Program-made: the position numbers and the translations under genes
Assembly: GCA_033442325.1 (NCBI GenBank)
Contig: JAWQFM010000003.1
Location: forward strand, 2,202,665-2,266,664
DNA length: 64,000 nucleotides
Source of the DNA: Salpingoeca rosetta
Taxonomy: Eukaryota > Protista > Choanoflagellata
Direction of reading: 5' to 3'
Shown: one piece after another, positions 58,963-64,000 of the stretch
Layout: every line of letters starts with the position of its first letter
How positions within the stretch are numbered: the stretch's first letter is position 1
The notes under the pieces: model-generated
Seen by the model: only the letters and a program-made list of their open reading frames with translations
Databases searched by the model: none
Told to the model about the DNA's origin: nothing

Positions 58963-61043
58963 GCCAGCACCACCACGACGCATTTCAAGGGCAGCCCGCC
59001 AACGCAACGGCATACGGATATCAACCCCTGTACCTGATCCCAGGCCATCACCAGCGTGAGCCACACTCACACAATGCCCAAGGCGGCGCAAACATGCGTC
59101 ATCAAGGACCTCCTCCTTCTCGACAACAGGCAGCCCCGTATGCCCACCAACACCAACACCAACACCACCATCACCACCAGCCAACGCAGCAGCGACTGGA
59201 GCATCGCTTCCAGCTCCAGCCTCCACAGCAACAGCACACTCATGATGCGCGTCACCAACGCCAGCAAGCGCATTCGCAACCGCAGCAGGCGTACTCGCAA
59301 TCGGTTCAAGCGCCGCACTTTGCATCTCACCCTTCATCCCACAATCCAATGCCGCCTCTGCATGGCCTCGTGGATCCTGCGACAGGCGGGCAGGCCATGC
59401 CCATGTATGTCCCGCCACCAACTTGGCACCACCAGCACCAGCAAGGCAGTTTCCGTGATGGTGGTGGTGGTGGTGGTGGTGGGAGCTTCAGCTTCAACAG
59501 CCACAGCCACAGCCACAACCACAACCACAACGACGCCGCCACCACCAACAACTCCAACAACAACGCGGCAAGCATTCATGGATCGACTCGAGCTGCGCCT
59601 GCTGTCTCCATGCACAGCTGGCGCCTGCGGGGGCAGAACAAGAAGAGCATGTCGCGGACAGTTGATTGGGACTCTGCGCACACCACCGTGCAGCGTGTGT
59701 GCACCGTTGATGGGCCAGCAGTTCCTGCCTCCCCAGCGCCTGTCGCAACCTCCGACGCGCAGCGACCCGACCAGATGAAGCTGGAGTTGGCCGTGGAGGA
59801 GGAGCAGGCGTACAAGAAGGCGTATGCCAAGGCCACCAACGCCGCACCGTACCCACCAACCGTGAACCCTTTGCTGCACTGTCGTGGCATTGCGGCCATT
59901 CGCCTCCTTGCCTCCCACTTCAGCAAGGACGCCATCACGCGCGACTCTGCCTTCTTCCTCTTCCAGCGCGCCCTCACTTTGGAGCGCGTGCAGCTCTCTT
60001 GCCCCCTCGTCACTGCCATGGCCGCCTTTATGCTCGCTTGTGAGTTCAACGACTGGTGGTGCGGGGGAGTTGTGGTGGTAGTGTTTTTGTTTTGTGTTGT
60101 TGGTTTCTTGTGGTGTGTGCTCGCTTTGCTCGTGTCACTTCGCACTAGCACTTGCTCCTCCCTCACGGTGTGCACCCCCCTCCTCCCCCAACTTGATGTC
60201 TCCACCTTCCATCCTCCAGGCAAGACGCGCGAGCAAGAGATTAACGTTGAGCCGTGCGATTGGATGATTGCGGCGCTTGGCGCAGCAGATGTCACCAAGC
60301 AGGATATCGTGAGCATGGAACTGCACCTTCTCCTCAGCTTTGAATGGCACATTCACCCGTTTGTTCCTTCTGAGCTCCTCTACCCAATGCTCGTCAAGAC
60401 CCTCAGCGTCGCAGGTGTGTGTGTGTGTGTGTGTGTGTGTGTTGTCGTCGTCGTCGTCGACAAGAGATGGGATGTGCACACTGCGGGTCCTGTCGACAAA
60501 ACGCTCTCTCTTCCTTGGATTGCTGCTTTGCCTTGATGTCTCTAGCAACTCCCCAGCCACGCTGGTACTCTTTCCACTCACCTTTTTCACCCCCACCTTG
60601 CACACACACTCTCACTCACTCACTCACACACACACACACACACTCACTCACTCACACACTCACACACACACACACTCACTCACTCACACACACACACACA
60701 CTCACTCACTCACTCACTCACTCACACACACGCCCAGAATACACGCTGCTGCAAGTGCGGCACCCGACTGTGGACACGGTTGCCATGCTGCTTCGGCTGG
60801 CCGACGCGTGCGTCTCGCACTTCTTCACCGGCATGTACGAGCAAGAGCAGTCGCACACGAGCATGCGCAGCATCGCCATCCTGGCCATGGTGTGTGCGCG
60901 GGCGTGCCTTGGGCTTGGCGAGCAGGGCTGGTCCGCCACACTCCGCGCATGGGCTGAAGAGGAGGAGCAGCACAACCGCGCACCAAGGCCAAGCTTTGAC
61001 GCGCACGTTGCACGCGTCACAGAGTGAGTACCGGGACTTGAGC

Positions 61044-61083
<40 letters not shown>

Positions 61084-61680
61084 ATGACCCAAGCGTTCCT
61101 GTGGTTGCTCCGGCTGTGTGTGTTTGTTCGAATTAATCACTCAATCGCTCCTCCCACTCGCTCTTCCCACTGTGCCTGCATGTTGACAGGCTGTTTAAGG
61201 ATGTGGGTGGCGATGTGCGTGTTGGTCTGGAGGCAAAACCATCCGCCAACGACGACAGCGGCATCATGAGCGCGCCGCACACGCCTATGCCCTTGCAAGG
61301 GGCGCGTAAAGAGCCCAACAGCAGCAGCAGCAATGCACAGTCACAACCGCATGCGCATTTCCGGGCGATGCGTGGGTCTCCGCTGCTTCCGATGCAGTCT
61401 TCCCAGCGCACACACGACAGCAGCAGCCAAGACGACGATGCCGATGATGATAGTGATGAGAATACAACGGCAGGAGTGATGCTGACACGACGAGAGAGCA
61501 TGGAGCCATTGAGGCCGCGGCACGGTTATCACAGACAGCCTATTGCGTTTGACAGTGACGAGGATGATGATGGTGATGGTGGTGTTGATGACGACGAGAA
61601 GGAGAACGGGGTTGCATGTGCGGGTCGACATTGGGCAGCAAGAGCGCCGCTGTTTGCGCTCACTGCAGCGCGGCCCTCAT

Positions 61681-61737
<57 letters not shown>

Positions 61738-62324
61738 GCACGGAGCAGCACCGGCGTGCATTCGGGCTCGGGAGCTCACGGCAGGGTGCAGTGGTGATGG
61801 CGGCCCCTCGCCAGCCGCTGCAGCCCATCGACCTTGATCACGGCTGGGACGACGACGATGATGATCACGACGACGAGAACTTTGTGGTGCACAGCATACA
61901 GATGGATGCTGGTGTCGGTGAGCCTGCGCGTGGCAGTGTACCCGCATCGCAATCGCATGCTGGCAGTGCTGGCCGTGGCTTGGTGTGGAGCCCTGGCAAC
62001 ACGTTGGCCATGGGCGTGCGTGGCCTCTCCACGCAATCGCCATCGTGTCCGCTCAGGACTGACACGATGCCGTGGCCTGGCACAGGCATCACGCCCCGTG
62101 ATGGTGGCGACGATGACACCTACGACAGCGATACGCATCCCCATGAACTGCAACCTCGTCATAGCCACAGTCACAGCCACCACCACCACCACCACCACCA
62201 GAGCAGCATTGATGAGGACGCGGCGGTGGCTGTTCGTGCGCGCCCTTCGCGACAGAACTCGCAACGCCACCGACGACGACGGCGGCGGGCCACCACGGCG
62301 CCCCGGTCGGCAGCCAGGAAATGA
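58809..62324 (+). CDS. Atypical cyclin-fold protein with a Q/H-rich N-terminus and an acidic C-terminal tail
   Basis: Cyclin box: AIRLLASHFSKDAITRDSAFFLFQRAL...TAMAAFMLAC/KTREQE...TKQDIVSMELHLLLSFEWHIHPFVPSELL. Second repeat: LADACV...RSIAILAMVCARACL. Four exons join in frame at GT-AG sites. The start codon is uncertain. Confidence 0.75.
61682..61737 (+). repeat. Coding (GAT)n repeat giving poly-Asp in the cyclin-like last exon
   Basis: Directly visible, in frame with ORF 61203..62324. Confidence 0.9.
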
Positions 62325-62893
62325 GATGGAGCAAGCACGCACGTGCAGCTGCAGGAGGGAGCAGCAAGAAATCTGATGGCTTGCATGTGTATGTGAGTGT
62401 ATGTATGTATGTATCTTAATGAAGGAGAGCCGTGCATTGAAGCTGCTGGTCAGCGTTGGTTGGTTTTGTTTTTGTTTGGTTTTTCTTGCTTGCTTGTGTT
62501 CGCCCGCTCTGGTTGCAACGTAATGTAACGATATCATGACTGTGACTTTCACGCCCTTTTGGTGAAGGTGAAAACGGTTGGTATTGAGGGTGGTGACAGA
62601 ATGTGTAATGAATGATGAAGCACCAAACACATCATGGTGTGGTTATTGTCACTTGCAAATGGTCGAGAACAGTGCATGAGGGTTGGAAAACATGCAGGTG
62701 TTGGTGAGAGGGTTGCTGTGGAAGGTGTCACATCACATGGTCACTGTCAGAGTGCACGACACACAAAAAAAAACACACAAGAAGCAAGCACACCACAACA
62801 ACAACAAGACGGGCACTCCTTTGTGCATCGAATCAAATTTTTGTTGGCCCACGAACAGCCGCCAAAAGAAGAGAAAAGGGACAGACAAGCACG

Positions 62894-62934
<41 letters not shown>

Positions 62935-64000
62935 AGAGAAAGAGAGACAAGCAGACAGAGACGACAGGGGAAGAGACAAGAGGCAGCGTGAAGGGCACGA
63001 TCAGGTGCAGTCGGCGAGGGTGACAGTCGGCAAATCCAGAGTCCAAGTAGAAACGAAGAAACGAGGAACCAATGTGCATGCGTGGTGTGTCTGTGAGTAA
63101 GTGTGGGTGCAAGCATGTGCATGTGCATGTGCATGTGTGTGTGTGTGTGTGTGTGTGATCATTTGAGTGAGAGGAGTTGGTGTTGTTGCAAGGTAGCAAG
63201 GTGCTTACCTTCCTCGCCGAGGCGAGGATGGCTCGTTGGTTGGGACGCCAAAAATGGCACCATACCAACTCACCAAAACAAAAAAAGGAGGGGAAAAAAG
63301 TGAGTGTCAGCCGTCCACTTCCGGGACTGACTGGTACCTAAGAGAGAGAAAAAAGTGTGAGGGTGTGGGGGGCTTAGTACATGTGCATGTGACCGAATGT
63401 ACATGTGTGTGGTGGGGGTTGTGTGCGTGTGTCTTACCTTAATCAGTGCTGAAAGCACTTTTGGGAGGCCCGCGATGTGTTGCCACCACCACCACAGCGG
63501 TGGTGGTGGTGTGTGTGTATGTGTGTGTGTCTGGGGTGGTGTTGGTGTTGGTGGTGAGGGAGAAATGACAACGGCCCTCTTTTCTCCGAGAAGAGCAAAC
63601 ACAACAGGCTCATCTAAGCAGATCAAATAAAGACAAACAAATAAACTAATATAACCACCCTGTTGAAGAGGCGGGCCATGCTAACCACGGATTGGCACCG
63701 GATCTGATGTGTAGTAGAGAAAGAGGTGTGTTGTTGTTGGCCAGACCACAATGACTTCTTCGTTGTCGTTCGAGGTGGAATAGGAGCATCAAAACAATCT
63801 CTGCGATATATCCAACTAGCCGGGGTGTACCAGAAATGTTCATGTCTGCGAGGGTCGGTGCATCCATGACTTATCAGTTGATCAATCTATTAATATCTGA
63901 TGCGCCAATAGGAGAAGAGGTGAAATGTCCGTGGTCATGCAATGTTTGGACGTTCTCTCATACTGGTTAATTCAACCGGCATCGACCAGATAGGTATTTT

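Overview
Gene-dense, intron-rich eukaryotic DNA of moderate-to-high GC, with introns and UTRs full of (CA)n/(GT)n microsatellites. Gene content and repeat style suggest a choanoflagellate such as Salpingoeca rosetta (inference, not verified). Most ORFs in the track are microsatellite artefacts. Joining exons by hand at GT-AG sites gives about 15 genes: a partial low-complexity LF-acidic protein, dynactin p150 (DCTN1), a CLAMP-domain CFAP119/C8orf74-like ciliary protein, PRC1/Ase1, PRPF3, a MadBub (BUB1/BUBR1) protein, two tandem Cys/His microproteins, EXOC6/Sec15, SLU7, an MscS-family channel, a secreted GH5 mannanase-like enzyme, a universal stress protein, DRC9/IQCG and an atypical cyclin. 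The most notable observations are: (1) a tandem pair of 46 and 51 aa zinc-finger-like microproteins, one ending in a CaaX box, not resolved by the ORF track; (2) a MadBub that keeps all Bub1-type and BubR1-type motifs but has a degenerate kinase domain; (3) a truncated MscS with a mitochondrial-type presequence; (4) introns bracketed by complementary GT and CA tracts; (5) RFX X-box-like sites upstream of both ciliary genes. CDS coordinates are start-to-stop gene spans including introns. No rRNA, tRNA or CRISPR features were recognised.
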